Assembly: GCF_964355755.1 (NCBI RefSeq)
Contig: NC_092678.1
Span: 17,341,881 to 17,405,880, forward strand
Source: Antedon mediterranea
Lineage: Eukaryota > Animalia > Echinodermata
Direction of reading: 5' to 3'
DNA length: 64,000 nt
A program made the position numbers and the translations under genes. Below the pieces are notes generated by a model that saw only the letters and a list, made by a program, of their open reading frames with translations, did no database searches and was not told the origin of the DNA. Shown in pieces: positions 13,601 through 27,327 of the stretch. Position 1 is the stretch's first letter; every line of letters starts with the position of its first letter.

Positions 13601-15672
13601 GACCTATACTTTAAATTCCATTCTAGAAGGTTGATTTATATAAGTTACCATGGTAATTAACGACATACCCTCTTGTAATAGGATATCTGCACAAGTTACA
13701 GTGTAGAACTCGGATTAAATATTATGTACATCGGCCGTGTATTATACTTTTTAAATGTTAACTTTCAAATTTTTAAATACAATACAATCGTTTGTGTTTA
13801 ATAACGCTCTTTAATGAGTGTATACTTATTTTGAATACACAATTTAATGAAAAAGTGAAAAATACACTGTTCTAAGAAGAATCAACGTTTGTTAAAGGAA
13901 ATGAGCTACACTGATGACTACTTATGTAATTGTATTCATCCTAATTTAGATAAACAATTTTGCTTTATAGAATTCGATTGTTTGTTGAGAGTAGATTTAA
14001 ATACTTTGATCAATATTATTTCCTTCATGGTTAACCGATTCCCTGAGATCATTGGTTATATTATTCATAAAAGTCACAAATAAGTACTAGATTCACCTAA
14101 TTAATAATATACCTACTAGTACTATACTAATCATTAATTCAACAGAATAATTCTGCAAACGTTTAAACATTATTAAGTAATAGTTCATGTTGATGACATT
14201 GTAAGCCCTATTCAGCATTATTGCGCTTAAAAAGTTTAAATACTATTACTAGACTATCATACCATTTGTTAGTATATTTTATATGTGAAACTTTAGTTTC
14301 TAAAGATACAATAGTTTTTAAAATAACCGGCTCAGCTACAGTGATTAGGTTCACTTAGGTTGACTGGTCTCCCAAATTTGTATATGTATATACTGAAATA
14401 GACCGAATAAATAATGAAACTGTATAATGTAAACTGTAATCATTAACTATCATAACTGGACGTACGATTCTGTTTCTTTATATTAATGAATTGATGGAGT
14501 TGACCTTATTCTATACATTTAAGACCAGTTACCATGGAAATTAATGACTACCTTCTTGTAATATGATCGGTACAAGTTGGGAGTCTAGCAAGCCGCACCA
14601 TATTTTGTTCAATAAGAACGTATTCTTCAGAATTTAGAAATAAACTAAGCATAATTACGCCATACAAATTAATTCGGAGGATTTAATTTAAGGAACATTT
14701 CATGCTTTCAATTTACCAATAGGCCCCCTCAATAGGCCTAATCTTCCTTTTTTTCAATTTGCATTCTCAAACTCAGGATTTGGAAAGTGAAGTGAGTTTT
14801 ATTTAAAAATATGGGTCTCTCAGCCAGCTATTTTGTAGTCAAACGGCCATAAAAACTGTAATTCTTGTGCCTTTCCCGTCTTTATACTAATAATTAATAT
14901 GGTCCCGTGCAATCGTTATTGATGAAGTAATAGCAGGGGATAGTTTAATTACACATTAATTACATTATACAAAACACAACAAAATAAGAACACAGGATTA
15001 TATTTTGAAATTAAAGATTGTATCTAAAGGGCGGAAATAAATGTGATAACATATTAGGTGAAATACAAAATATGAATGAATAAATGTAGCTATATAATAA
15101 TATAAAAACACAGTTAAGCAGAAAAGTATGATAGTTGGTAATAAAATTGTATTAATCAGACAGAACAAAAACAAACATATATATCTGTCAATACTGTTTT
15201 GTCTTTAAATGGTTTTTAATTTAAGATCTGTTTGCCAAGCGGTTAATGTTGACCTATACTTTAAATTCCATTCTAGAAGGTTGATTTATATAAGTTACCA
15301 TGGTAATTAACGATATACCTTCTTGTAATAGGATATCTGCACAAGTTACAGTGTAGAACTCGGATTAAATATTATGTACATCGGCCGTGTATTATACTTT
15401 TTAAATGTTAACTTTCAAATTTTTAAATACAATACAATCGTTTGTGTTTAATAACGCTCTTTAATGAGTGTATACTTATTTTGAATACACAATTTAATGA
15501 AAAAGTGAAAAATACACTGTTCTAAGAACCAACGTTTGTTATTAAAGGAAATGAGCTACACTGATGACTACTTATGTAATTGTATTCATCCTAATTTAGA
15601 TAAACAATTTTGCTTTATAGAATTCGATTGTTTGTTGAGTGTAGTTAAATACTTTGATCAATATTATTTCCT
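10680..15672. repeat. Internal tandem duplication, ~1.65-1.75-kb unit (about 2.3 good copies plus an older upstream copy)
   Basis: aatcaga..gaacaaaaacaaacatatatatc at ~11757, ~13507 and ~15155. Diverged homology of ~10690-10770 with ~12520-12615. Confidence 0.9.
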
Positions 15673-18149
15673 TTATTAGACATTTATTTATTTTGCAAAA
15701 TTTATCAAGTATTAGATGGGTTTCTTTACTGAACACTGACAGTCGCTTCCAAGTGTTAGGTGTATTTTAACATCAGTATTAGAATTTATGAATAAGTGCC
15801 AAATATGATTAAGGTTAGAAGATTGCAATTGTAGTTTTTATCTCATGGTTTTATTAGACATTTAGATAAGATTTTAAAGTAAATATGCAATGATATGTTG
15901 TTTCCTGTTGTTGTATTCATTAATGCGAATTGCCAAATGCATGGGGGACTTACAATTAATTCCTTTAATCTTTGCATTATCTCCTGATATAGTGTAGTTA
16001 GTTTATACCTCCATGGTTTAAACTACACACATGATGTTAGCTATTCCAAATCCACTATAAAATACTATTTATAATGCGATGTAAATGGCGAATGTAATAA
16101 TATGAAATTATGGAAATTTTAATTCACGACTGGTTTGATCTCACTCTCCATTAATATACCAAAATGAACAATAATTGATCTTTTGATTAAGAAAATTTAA
16201 CTAGCAGCCAACGTTTCACCAATGAAAATTACTGTCAAACTCAAGAAAATATTATAGGCGCGCCTACTTTTTTGTATTTGTATTATTTATATGTACTACA
16301 CAAATGTTATAATGTAAAAGAAAAATACTAGTGTCAAGTATTTAAAAAAAATTAACTTAGGCGCACTTTTAGTAAAAAAATGTTGTAAATGTATTATAGA
16401 ACCATAGGCATCATATTTTGAAAAAATAAAAATGTCCAAATCATCTAAAATTCTAGTAAAGTGCCCAATTTTTATACTAAAGATAAATAAATACATATAA
16501 AATTATTGTACCAAATTTGAACAAAATTGAAATTGGTTAAGTATTTTTCCGCGATGGTTTTTTAATGATGTTTTACAGTTTTATTTTATCCAAATAATAC
16601 TAAATATCTATTACTAATAAAAATCTAACTTTCCGATATACTGTATTAAAATTTTGGAATTAAATACTCTTTTATGAGTGGAACACACTTATGCTATTAA
16701 ATATTAAATGTAATGTAATTATTAGTCATTAATTAGATATTATTTGATTTTTTTTCCGTTATTTGAAACCTACGCGCAATAATATGAGAGGACGCTGTTT
16801 TACTGGTAATAGATATGGTTATTGTGTGTTCTATTCTTCCGCTCGAGTATTCTTTAACCCCACAGGCTACATCGTTTAGATAGCGAGATCATAAATATTT
16901 TTGTATTCTTATACTATAGGAAAGGTGATTCCATTTTGCTAAAGGAACCTTTAGAAATACAATAGCTTTATTTATTTGTAGTTTATTCAACAAGAAACGA
17001 AAACTAAATATCTAAATAAATAAAGTATAGACATAATTAATTAAATTAATAAGTACTTTTAGTACGATAAAATGTATTACCAATGGGCAAAATATGTAGC
17101 ATTGATGCCATAAAAAATAAATTGACGAGTCTCGGTAAACATGTAGGCTTAGCTCGTGGTTCAGTGTAGCGGAGGAAATTCACTTTAGCTGCGTATCCTT
17201 ATCACCACTCCGCGATAGAAATTGGCCTAACGGGTAGGCCTAGGACTTGTAGTGTGGGGGGCCTAGCAAGTCAAGTAGAGTGCCTCGGCCAACCTACGTT
17301 CCCTAGTAGGTAGAAGGTTAAGTTAGACCATGCCATTTAGGCCTACTATAGCGGAAAAAATTTCTGGTGGTTCTACTTTTTTATTTGTATTAAATGATTT
17401 ATCAAAGCCTATACTTATACTACCTAGTAATGAACTAAGAATTACTTCGACGGGAAAATATTGACGAGTCTCAAAAAGTGTAGGCCTCTTTTGCGGGGGG
17501 AAATTTGATTGATGTTGTATTGTAGAAATTGTACTGTATAGAATAGCTAGTAGTAGGAGCTAGTTTTTTTCTTGGAATGTGGAAGGATGTTTTCGTATCA
17601 AATTAGATTTGGATACAAATTGTTTTTTTCTAAAGACGTGGTTGCAATACAATCATATAATTATGATAATAAGAGGGAAGGGGATTTTTAGGGTGTGGGG
17701 GGGGGGAGGGGCTGGGGCCTAACTAGGCTAGTAGTATTAGTAGGCCTAGGCCTATACCTGTATTTATATAAATTTTTGTTCGGAAATAAAATACATAGTT
17801 TATAAACACAAATTATTCTATAAAAATATAAATAGGCCTAAATATATTAAAAAAACCTAATTTAATGTAAGTTTGTTTTTTGTAAGACGCGCGCACAGAT
17901 TGAAGGAGACATTTATAAAAATAGTCATTTGTTTGCGCTTCTAATAGCGTAATTGTTATTAAGATTGTTGTTCAAAATAACTCTTAAATTGAGGGCGCGA
18001 TCGACAAACCCGTTAAATTATCCAGAGAGGGCGTACTCCAGACTAAAAAGTGATTCCAACAGGAGGGGGAACCAACAAGATGCCGGCCGTAAATGTGTTC
18101 AAAAACATTATTTAATATAAAAAATACTAATCTAATATAATAATCAAAA

Positions 18150-20640
18150 CACAATATGTTACGTTACTAAATAACATAAATACTACGTGATGATAATATT
18201 ATACATTTGCATTACATCTAAAATTATCTGAACGTTTGTCTTGAATGTTTTATAAATGTTACCTTGGTACGTTATCAAGACGTTAAAATGATACGTTAAT
18301 AAATAACATAAAAACTACGTTATTATAATACGTTTTTATAACATTATTATTACATCTTAAAATAACGTTATTTTATAGTTTGTACTTTACGTTTTTACAA
18401 CGTGTTTGCCGAACGTTTGCTTTGAACGTTGTATAAATGTTATATTTGGAGTTAATCAAGACTTTAAAATGTTATGTTAATAAGTAACATAAAATATATG
18501 TTATTATAATACGTTTTTATAACATTATTATTACATCTTAAATTAACGTTATGTTATAGTTTGCATTTTACATTTGTACAACGTATTTCACAAAGTTTGT
18601 CTTAAACGTTGTATAAGTGTTATACTTGTACGTTATTAAGACGTTAAAACGTTACGTTAATAAATAAAATTAAAACTAAGTTATTAAAAAACGTTTTTAT
18701 AACATTATTGTTACATCTTAAATTAACGTTAGTTTATAGTTTGTTTTTTACGTTCGTATAACGTATTTCTGAACGTTTGTCTTGAACGTTGTATAAATGT
18801 TATATTGATACGTTATCAAGTCGTAAAAATGTTACGTTAATGAATAACATATAAACTACGTTATTATAATACGTTTTTATAACATTATTATTACATCTTA
18901 AGTTAACGTTAGTTTATAGTTTGTATTTTACGTTCGTATAACGTATTTCTGAACGTTTGTCTTGAACGTTGTATAAATGTTATGTTGGTACGTTATCAAG
19001 ACGTAAAAATGTTACGTTAATGAATAACATATAAACTACGTTATTATAATACGTTTTTATAACATTATTATTACATCTTAAATTAACGTTAGTTTATAGT
19101 TTGTATTTTACGTTCGTATAACGTATTTCTGAACGTTTGTCTAGAACGTTGTATAAATGTTATATTGATACGTTATCAAAACGTCAAAATGTTACGTTAA
19201 TGAATAACATATAAACTACGTTATTATAATACGTTTTTATAACATTATTTCTACATCTTAAATTAACGTTAGTTTATAGTTTGTATTTTACGTTCGTATA
19301 ACGTATTTCTGAACGTTTGTCTTGAACGTTGTATAAATGTTATATTGGTACGTTATCAAGACGTAAAAATGTTACGTTAATGAATAACATATAAACTACG
19401 TTATTATAATACGTTTTTTTAACATTATTATTACATCTTAAATTAACGTTAGTTTATAGTTTGTATTTTACGTTCGTATAACGTATTTCTGAACGTTTGT
19501 CTTGAACGTTGTATAAATGTTATATTGGTACGTTATCAAGACGTAAAAATGTTACGTTAATGAATAACATATAAACTACGTTATTATAATACGTTTTTAT
19601 AACATTATTATTGCATCTTAAATTAACGTTAGTTTATAGTTTGTATTTTACGTTCGTAAAACGTATTTCTGAACGTTTGTCTAGAACGTTGTATAAATGT
19701 TATATTGATACGTTATCAAAACGTAAAAATGTTACGTTAATGAATAACATATAAACTACGTTATTATAATACGTTTTTATAACATTATTATTACATCTTA
19801 AATTAACGTTAGTTTATAGTTTGTATTTTACGTTCGTATAACGTATTTCTGAACGTTTGTCTTGAACGTTGTATAAATGTTATATTGGTACGTTATCAAG
19901 ACGTAAAAATGTTACGTTAATGAATAACATATAAACTACGTTATTATAATACGTTTTTAGAACATTATTATTACATCTTAAATTAACGTTAGTTTATAGT
20001 TTGTATTTTACGTTCGTATAACGTATTTCTGAACGTTTGTCTTGAACGTTGTATAAATGTTATATTGGTACGTTATCAAGACGTAAAAATGTTACGTTAA
20101 TGAATAACATATAAACTACGTTATTATAATACGTTTTTATAACATTATTATTACATCTTAAATTAACGTTAGTTTATAGTTTGTATTTTACGTTCGTATA
20201 ACGTATTTCTGAACGTTTGTCTAGAACGTTGTATAAATGTTATATTGATACGTTATCAAGACGTAAAAATGTTACGTTAATGAATAACATATAAACTACG
20301 TTATTATAATACGTTTTTATAACATTATTATTACATCTTAAATTAACGTTAGTTTATAGTTTGTATTTTACGTTCATATAACGTATTTCTGAACGTTTCT
20401 CTTGAACGTTGTATAAATGTTATATTGGTACGTTATCAAGACGTAAAAATGTTACGTTAATGAATAACATAAAAACTACGTTATTATAATACGTTTTTAT
20501 AACATTATTATTACATCTTAAATTAACGTTATTTTATAGTTTGTATTTTACGTTTTTATAACGTATTTTTCAAACGTTAGGTCTGAACGTAATATAATTG
20601 TCACATGTAAACGTTATTAAAACGTGAATATGTTACGTTA
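18150..20640. repeat. Right subterminal satellite array, 180-bp unit, ~13 copies
   Basis: aattaacgttagtttatagtttg recurs at 18721, 18901, 19081 ... 20341, exactly 180 bp apart. Near-identical central copies, diverged edges. Confidence 0.97.
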
Positions 20641-20832
20641 CTATACAACAATAATCAAACGTTTCTCAATTACGTAAATAAAACGTTGTGAAAACGTTTT
20701 TGTATTAACGTAATTTTATTCACATTATGTAACGTTTTAATGACGTTGTGACAATGTACTTTTGTAACGTTATTATCGATAACCAAACTATAACGTTCGC
20801 GAATGTTGTCATAACGTTATGTGTTTGCTGGG

Positions 20833-23265
20833 TCTTTATCTAACTGTGAATATCTAGATTCTGTTTCCGACAACCTTCGTGAGGCAAAAGCAACTGGTTG
20901 TTCAACATTATCAATGATATGGGAAAGTATGACCCCTACACCATAGGGTGACGCATCACATGTCAACATTAGAGGTTTATTTCTATCATAATGTACTAAA
21001 ACATTAGATGACGTCAGTAGTTCTTTAGATATACAAAAGGCATTTTCCTGTCTATCTGACCATAACCACTCTGTATTGTGATTTAACAACTCGTATAGTG
21101 GAGCTAAAAGTGAACTTAAATCTTTCATGAATCTACCATAGTAATTCAATAAACCTAAATAGGCTTTTAATTCTGTCACATTGGTTGGGTTAGGTGCATC
21201 TCTTATTGCCTTCACCTTTGTATTTAAGGGATGAAGCCCATTTGCATCAATTTTAAACCCCAAATATTCAACCTCATTAGAATTAAATACACATTTGTCC
21301 CTTTTCAATTTAATGTTGACCTCCTTCAATTTTAGCAACAACCCTTCTAAGTTCATGTCATGCTCCCTTTGATTAGTGCCCGATACTAGGATATCATCCA
21401 AGTATGCTACAACTCCGGGCAGTCCAAATGTAATACTATCAACAACTCTCTGAAATATTCCAGGAGCTGATGACACTCCAAACGGTAATATGTTATACTT
21501 ATACAACCCTAGGTGAGTATTAATAACTGTATACTGTTTTGACTCTTCAGACAAAATAAGTTGTTGATATGCATGCGACATGTCTAACTTGGAAAAAATT
21601 TTACCCCCGCCTAGTTTGGCAAACAAATCCTCAATTAAAGGTAATGGGTACGTATCTACCTTCGCAACTTGGTTAATCGTTAATTTGTAGTCTCCGCAAA
21701 TTCGTACGGAACCATCAGACTTAATAACGGGTACTATAGGTGCAGCCCACTCAGAAAAATTAATAAGCGTAATTGTGCCTTCTTGCTTTAATCTGTGTAA
21801 TTCTTTTTCGACCTTATCTTTGATCCCAAAGGGTATTGGCCTTGCTTTACAGAATTTGGGAACAGCCCCTTCCTTCACCAAAAGTCTGGCTTTAAATCCT
21901 TTAATTTCACCCAAATTATTCTCAAAGACTTTATCATATTTACCAATTATTTCACTATTTAACATAGATCCTTTCGTTTGCACTTGTTTGATTTTACCCC
22001 AATCTAATTGTAGATTAGTTAACCAATTCCGGCCTATCAAGGTGGATCCTCTCCCTGGAATTACTACTAGAGGTAACATAACCAGTTTACCCTCCATACA
22101 TTTCACCTTTACATGACACACACCAACTACTTTAATTTCTTCTCCAGTGTATGTTTTCAATTTAGCATCAGATGGTTTAATTATGGGTCTATCTTTACTG
22201 TTAGGCCACACTTGTTTCAACATATGATCACTTATCACAGATACAGCGGCACCTGTGTCAATTTCCATCTTAACGTTAATACCATTTACATTTAACACTG
22301 TTTGATATGGATCAGTGCTTGTTCTACTTAGAATAACATTATTAGTAATAGTAAACAATTCATGATATATGTCATTACAATCTCTACTAGTTGGTAAAGC
22401 TACCGTATTATAATCATATTCACAACAATCTTCATAATCATCATTTACATCTAATTCTCCCAACTGACCCTTAACCTTTCTATTAGTATGTCCCTTTTTC
22501 TTTCCATCAGGTGGTTTATTTTTACTTCTACAAACAATTTCAAAATGTCCTGTGATTCCACATCGATGACATTTTGACCTCTTCGCTGGACAATTTTCAT
22601 CTCTGCTAAGATGACCTTCCCTGCCACATTTCCAACACTTTGCTTTCTCCCCATAGTTAGGTTTCACCTGTCTCTTAAATCTGGCTCTAGGATTACCTTG
22701 AATTTGTTTAACTGATGTATCAATCGATGGTTATCCTGCCTCCATATTAATATCATGCACTTGTTTGTCCACTGCCAAAATTGCGCTTGAAATATCAACT
22801 GCCTTTTTAAATGTTAAATCCGGTTCTGCTAACATTCGCCGTTGTATTGAATTATCATTAATACCTAACACAAGACGATCCCTCAACATCTCTTCTAATG
22901 TCGCCCCAAAGTCACATGGTTCTGCTAGCCGTCTCAATCGTGCTACGTAATCCACTACACTCTCTTTATTTTGTCGATGATTAGAATAGAATTTAAATCG
23001 ACTAACTATGATATTTGGCTTTGGCTCTGTATGCCCAGTTATCAAGTTAATTAAATCTTCATATGACTTGTCGGTCACCTTCGCTGGTGCCAGTAAATAT
23101 TTCATCAAACTGTACGTTTTTTTTTTCACATACCGTCAGCAACACTGCTCGTTTCTTCTCGCCGTTGTCGATATCGTTCGCAACAAAATACTGTTCTAGC
23201 CTCTCAACATAATCCGACCAGTTTTCTGCTTCTACATATTCGTGTAGGATTCCTAATTGAGCCAT
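20833..23265 (-). pseudogene. gag-pol: Gypsy gag-pol, 5' part: gag, 2x CCHC, protease, RT, RNase H N-terminal half
   Basis: WSDYVERLEQYF, LRDRLVLG (gag); CWKCGREGH...C and CHRCGITGH...C; EIDTGA; WAAPIVPV, RICGDY, YLDD; CDASPYGVG. Frameshift in the T-run at ~23117-23126 and an in-frame TAA at 22731-22733. Confidence 0.95.
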
Positions 23266-23288
23266 CACAAATTACGATATGTAATAAT

Positions 23289-23303
23289 CCCACTACGTCG
23301 CCA
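23289..23303 (-). other. Primer binding site
   Basis: Minus strand TGGCGACGTAGTGGG begins 3 nt after the 5' LTR. A TGGCGACG start is typical of Mag-like elements. Confidence 0.8.
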
Positions 23304-23306
23304 ATT

Positions 23307-23508
23307 TGTTGTGTACTAACACCATTTAAGGTAAATATCTGAACAATAAAAGCAAAACAAGTAAACACACGTGAGTCTAAGTTTAGTCGTTCTCCATCTT
23401 CCCCGCATCCGGGGCTTTATTCATTCTCCACAACACTATATATATAGAGGGCGTTAGACCATTACAATCGGTTACAATTACAGTACAAGTAATGTACAGT
23501 ATATGACA
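23307..23508 (-). repeat. 5' LTR (202 bp)
   Basis: Near-identical to 3272-3473. Confidence 0.97.
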
Positions 23509-26500
23509 ACATGAAACAGACATATTTCATAGAAGTATTAATTTCTAAAACAAAATAATTGTTTTTATGTTTAACTATATGCCTCATATATGAGGCATAG
23601 AGTTAAACTGACGTTTTCATGAGAGGATTATATACTATTTGTTCCACGTGCACAATAAGCTTATAAAACTATTGCAGATTATACGTGAATTGGACCGGTG
23701 ACGAGTCGGTGACAAACTGAACGGATCATCTAGGAGTTCTGAAACGTCTGGCCAAGTGCGCTCTCTTTGCGCAGTATTATACGGAGGCGTGTCTATTTTT
23801 GTTTTCGTATCTAATTTTGGCTTTAAAACATGTCAGCCCAAAACAATCGATACCCCTGGATCCGCCCCGTCAGAATATTGTCGATATAAAATGATGGAGG
23901 TTCAGACGTTATGTGGAACATTTAAATTGTATTATTTGTATTCCCTCTTTAAACTTCATCTTAATTTCAATATAATAATATCAATGAAGTGATATTGTTT
24001 ACTTAGAAGTGTGCCAGTTATTCAGCACTGAAGAAAACAAAATCAGAAAAATTTAAACACATGTTACCAGGTTTTTTAAAACATTAATAAAGCTAAGTGT
24101 GTTAATTAATGAGATGTAAAGCACATTTTAGCATGAGGAAGTGAAAATATGTAGGGAGAGAAAACATAAAGTGTAGACACAGATATCACCTCACAAGCAA
24201 TCTATTGCTGACCCAGTGTGAAGCCAGAAATCAAGAGTTGTTCCTGCTCCCCAATTATTGTGGTCCCTTTATTTATAAAACTTGAAAAGCAGAAAAAAGA
24301 GGAGGAGGTGTATGTTTGTTTGTTGGCAGACTATAACGCTGGTTAAGTTTATCTTACGGACAGGTAACGCTAATAATGTACGTACCACAACATTAGGTAA
24401 CCGATGCGCCCCCATTATGACACGTGTGAATAAAGAACAAGTGCTATTCCACTGTACGGAGGGATAGCTACCCGATGCCTCTCATAATAATATTATTTTT
24501 CATTCAATAACATATACTAATAATAATTTACTTTAAAACAAACGAATACAAGTAGGCATATCACTACACACAATACAACTACATACAGGAGCTTGTGTTA
24601 AAATAAAGGTTTATGGACCAATCATAATCAAACAAAAATGGGCATATTATATTATTTGAGTTTTGGATGAATATTCTGTCTTTGCAAAGGGTAAAAAATG
24701 ATGTGACAATAAGTGTGGTTATATTACAACGAAAACATACTATTTTCAAAAGTATGATAAACAAGAGAAAGCACTTACAGTTGTGTCAATGATGTCAATC
24801 CATGAAACACATTTGCTGTTAATGTTGTTATTTGGTTAACGGACAACCATCTGAAAACCGTGAAAAATGCAATACATAAGTTTAGTTTTGGATGAATATT
24901 CTGTCTTTGCAAAGGATAAAAAATGAAATTATGTGACGACAATAAGTGTGGTTTTATTACAACAAAAATATACTATTTTCAAAAGTATTATAAACAAGTG
25001 AAACATTCGAACACATTTGCTGGTAATGTTGTTATTTGGTTATTGGCCAACCACCTGAAAAATGTGAAAAATGTAATAAATAATATATACAGTACCAAGG
25101 GATAGGATGATAAAACATTATATATTTTATATATAATTTAGAAAAACAAACAAAACATAACAATAAATATCTTATTGTGCCAGCAGAGGTCAAGTCCAAT
25201 TAGGCGTGTCACTCCAGAAGTGAAACCATTACAAGGTATATACAAGGACATACTAATACTTGTTTAATGTTACTTTAGCTCGTATTATCATTATTTGCAT
25301 GTTTTAGCTGTTTTTCATTAACTTCTTCTACATGATATAATTATATTTTATCTATATTTTACTGTAATCATGTTGTACTTTCCATATCATATGATGACAT
25401 AGATCAATATCTACGATACAATACAACCGTTAAATGACGATGATCCATGTGTTCTGCTATATTTTTACGTTTCGTTATGGCCGCCGATGGTGCTACAGTA
25501 ACTGAATTAAATAGTCTTGAGTTCGAATAAACAATGCCAAAATAGAAAAACTCAAAAAGAGCAAAAAGAAAGACATTACATTTGAACGTATTACGAATGA
25601 AACAGACATATTTCATTGAAGTATTAATTCCTAAAATAAAATAATTGTTTTTATGAGGAAAAGAGTTAAACTGACGTTTTCATGAGAGGAAGATATATAA
25701 TATTTGTTCCTCATGCAAAATAAGCTTATTACAACACTATTACACTAAAGCATAAAGTTACACTTAACTGTGCTTTAAAATAAACATAATTAAAAGCATT
25801 ACACAGTATAGGCCTAATAGTTCACCCGATAAAAATTTCTGATTTGTCCAAATTTTTTTTAAAAAAATCTGACAAATATAAACATGAAGAAATAAAAAAC
25901 AATGTCGTTAATATACATCAGACTTAAGAATAATGACATCAATTTTCGATAATCATAAGGACGAGTTCTCGAATGATTATCTCATTTGTGCCCATGGAAT
26001 TGATATTTCCTAAGTTCACCTAACTACGGAGGAATAACGCATTTATATTATGACTACATTAATCATAATGTTTAATGATGCTGTGTTATCGAATTTTCTA
26101 TGTTACTGGAGAAATCGGGATACAATACCGATAACCAGGTGTGTTAGACCAGAATACGTTACTCCGGCTTAAAATGGAGGTATTTGCTTTAACCACGTTC
26201 TGAAATGTGTCTGTAAGATTATGTTAGGCAAAAACAACACCTTGTATACCATAGCAGCCTGGTGTAGAGACCTATGTATTGCCTTCGCTAAATCCTTTCT
26301 TAAACTTGTTCCCACTTATACCTTCTGGAGAAATGTTATCCATAGATATAACCCTAATATACTGCTGATTGGATTCGTCATATTATAATTGTAACACAAT
26401 GTGTCATAAGAACTGTTCGTTATACCTTGGTAGTAAGTGGTGCAATTAATTAAAGAATTATATGATTTGTAAATAGTTTACACAAAGTGCAACACAGTGT

Positions 26501-27327
26501 GACGTATTATCTGCTACAATATCTAATGATTACACATTTTTAATAATTATGTAAATTCTCATTTAATAAAACACTTATAATAACAAATTACCGTATTAAA
26601 CGTACAAATCAAAGTATAAAAACAATAAGTATATACAGTACGAACAGAAATTACGATAATAAAGTGTCTATTTATTAATTTCGAAATACAAAAAAAAAAT
26701 AAAAACAAATTATTTATATTGTGCCAACAGAGGCCAAAAAGACTTATGTCCAATTAGGCGTGTCACTCTGACAGTGAAACAATTACAAGGTATAATTGAT
26801 ATAATACTAATTTAATGTTACTTTATCTCGTATTATCATTTCATGTTTTAGCTGTTTTTCATTAACTGTCTTTGCATGATTATAACAATGTTTTATCTAG
26901 ATTGACTGTAATCATGTTGTACTTTCCATATCATATGATTTCTCGTATTATCATTATTTGCATGTTTTAGCTGTTTTTCATATGATTTCTAGATGTATTT
27001 CAATATCTACGATACAATACAACCGTTAAATGACGATGATCCATGTATTCTGCTATATTTTTATTTTTCATTATGGCCGCCGATGGTGCTACAGTAACTG
27101 AATTAAAGAGACAAAACAATGCCAAAATAGAAAAACTCAAAAAGAGCAAAAAGAGAGATATTACATTTGAACGTATTACACATGAAACAGACATATTTCA
27201 TAGAAGTATTAATTCCTAAAACAAAATAATTGTTTTTATGTTTAACTCTATGCCTCATAGAGTTAAACTGACGTTTTCATGATATGAAGATATATACTAT
27301 TTGTTCCACGTGCACAATAAGCTTATA

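Larger units (their letters stand above)
5166..20832. mobile_element. 15.7-kb non-autonomous CMC/EnSpm(CACTA)-like DNA transposon
   Basis: Termini CCCAGCAAACA (5166) and TGTTTGCTGGG (20832); 2-bp TSD TC (5164-5165, 20833-20834). Removing it restores the Gypsy reading YSQLDK-EALAIV exactly. AACGTT-rich subterminal arrays at both ends. Confidence 0.93.
3272..23508 (-). mobile_element. Full-length Ty3/Gypsy LTR retrotransposon, Mag-like clade, interrupted by a 15.7-kb insertion
   Basis: Two 202-bp TG...CA LTRs; 5-bp TSD ACATG (3267-3271, 23509-23513); PBS; PPT; gag with two CCHC knuckles, then protease, RT, RNase H and integrase in Gypsy order. Confidence 0.97.

Noticed and set aside
18150-20640. 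CRISPR-like interpretation of the tandem arrays (also 39-40 kb and 54-62 kb)
   Set aside because: Whole units repeat with no unique spacers, there are no cas genes, and the context is eukaryotic.
22731-22733. Programmed stop-codon readthrough between gag and pol
   Set aside because: The TAA lies before the zinc knuckles, lacks a CARYYA context, and the element has other frameshifts. A nonsense mutation in a single ORF is simpler.
4421-23199. Plus-strand ORFs overlapping gag-pol (4421, 21775, 22113, 22765, 23008)
   Set aside because: Antisense shadows of the coding strand.
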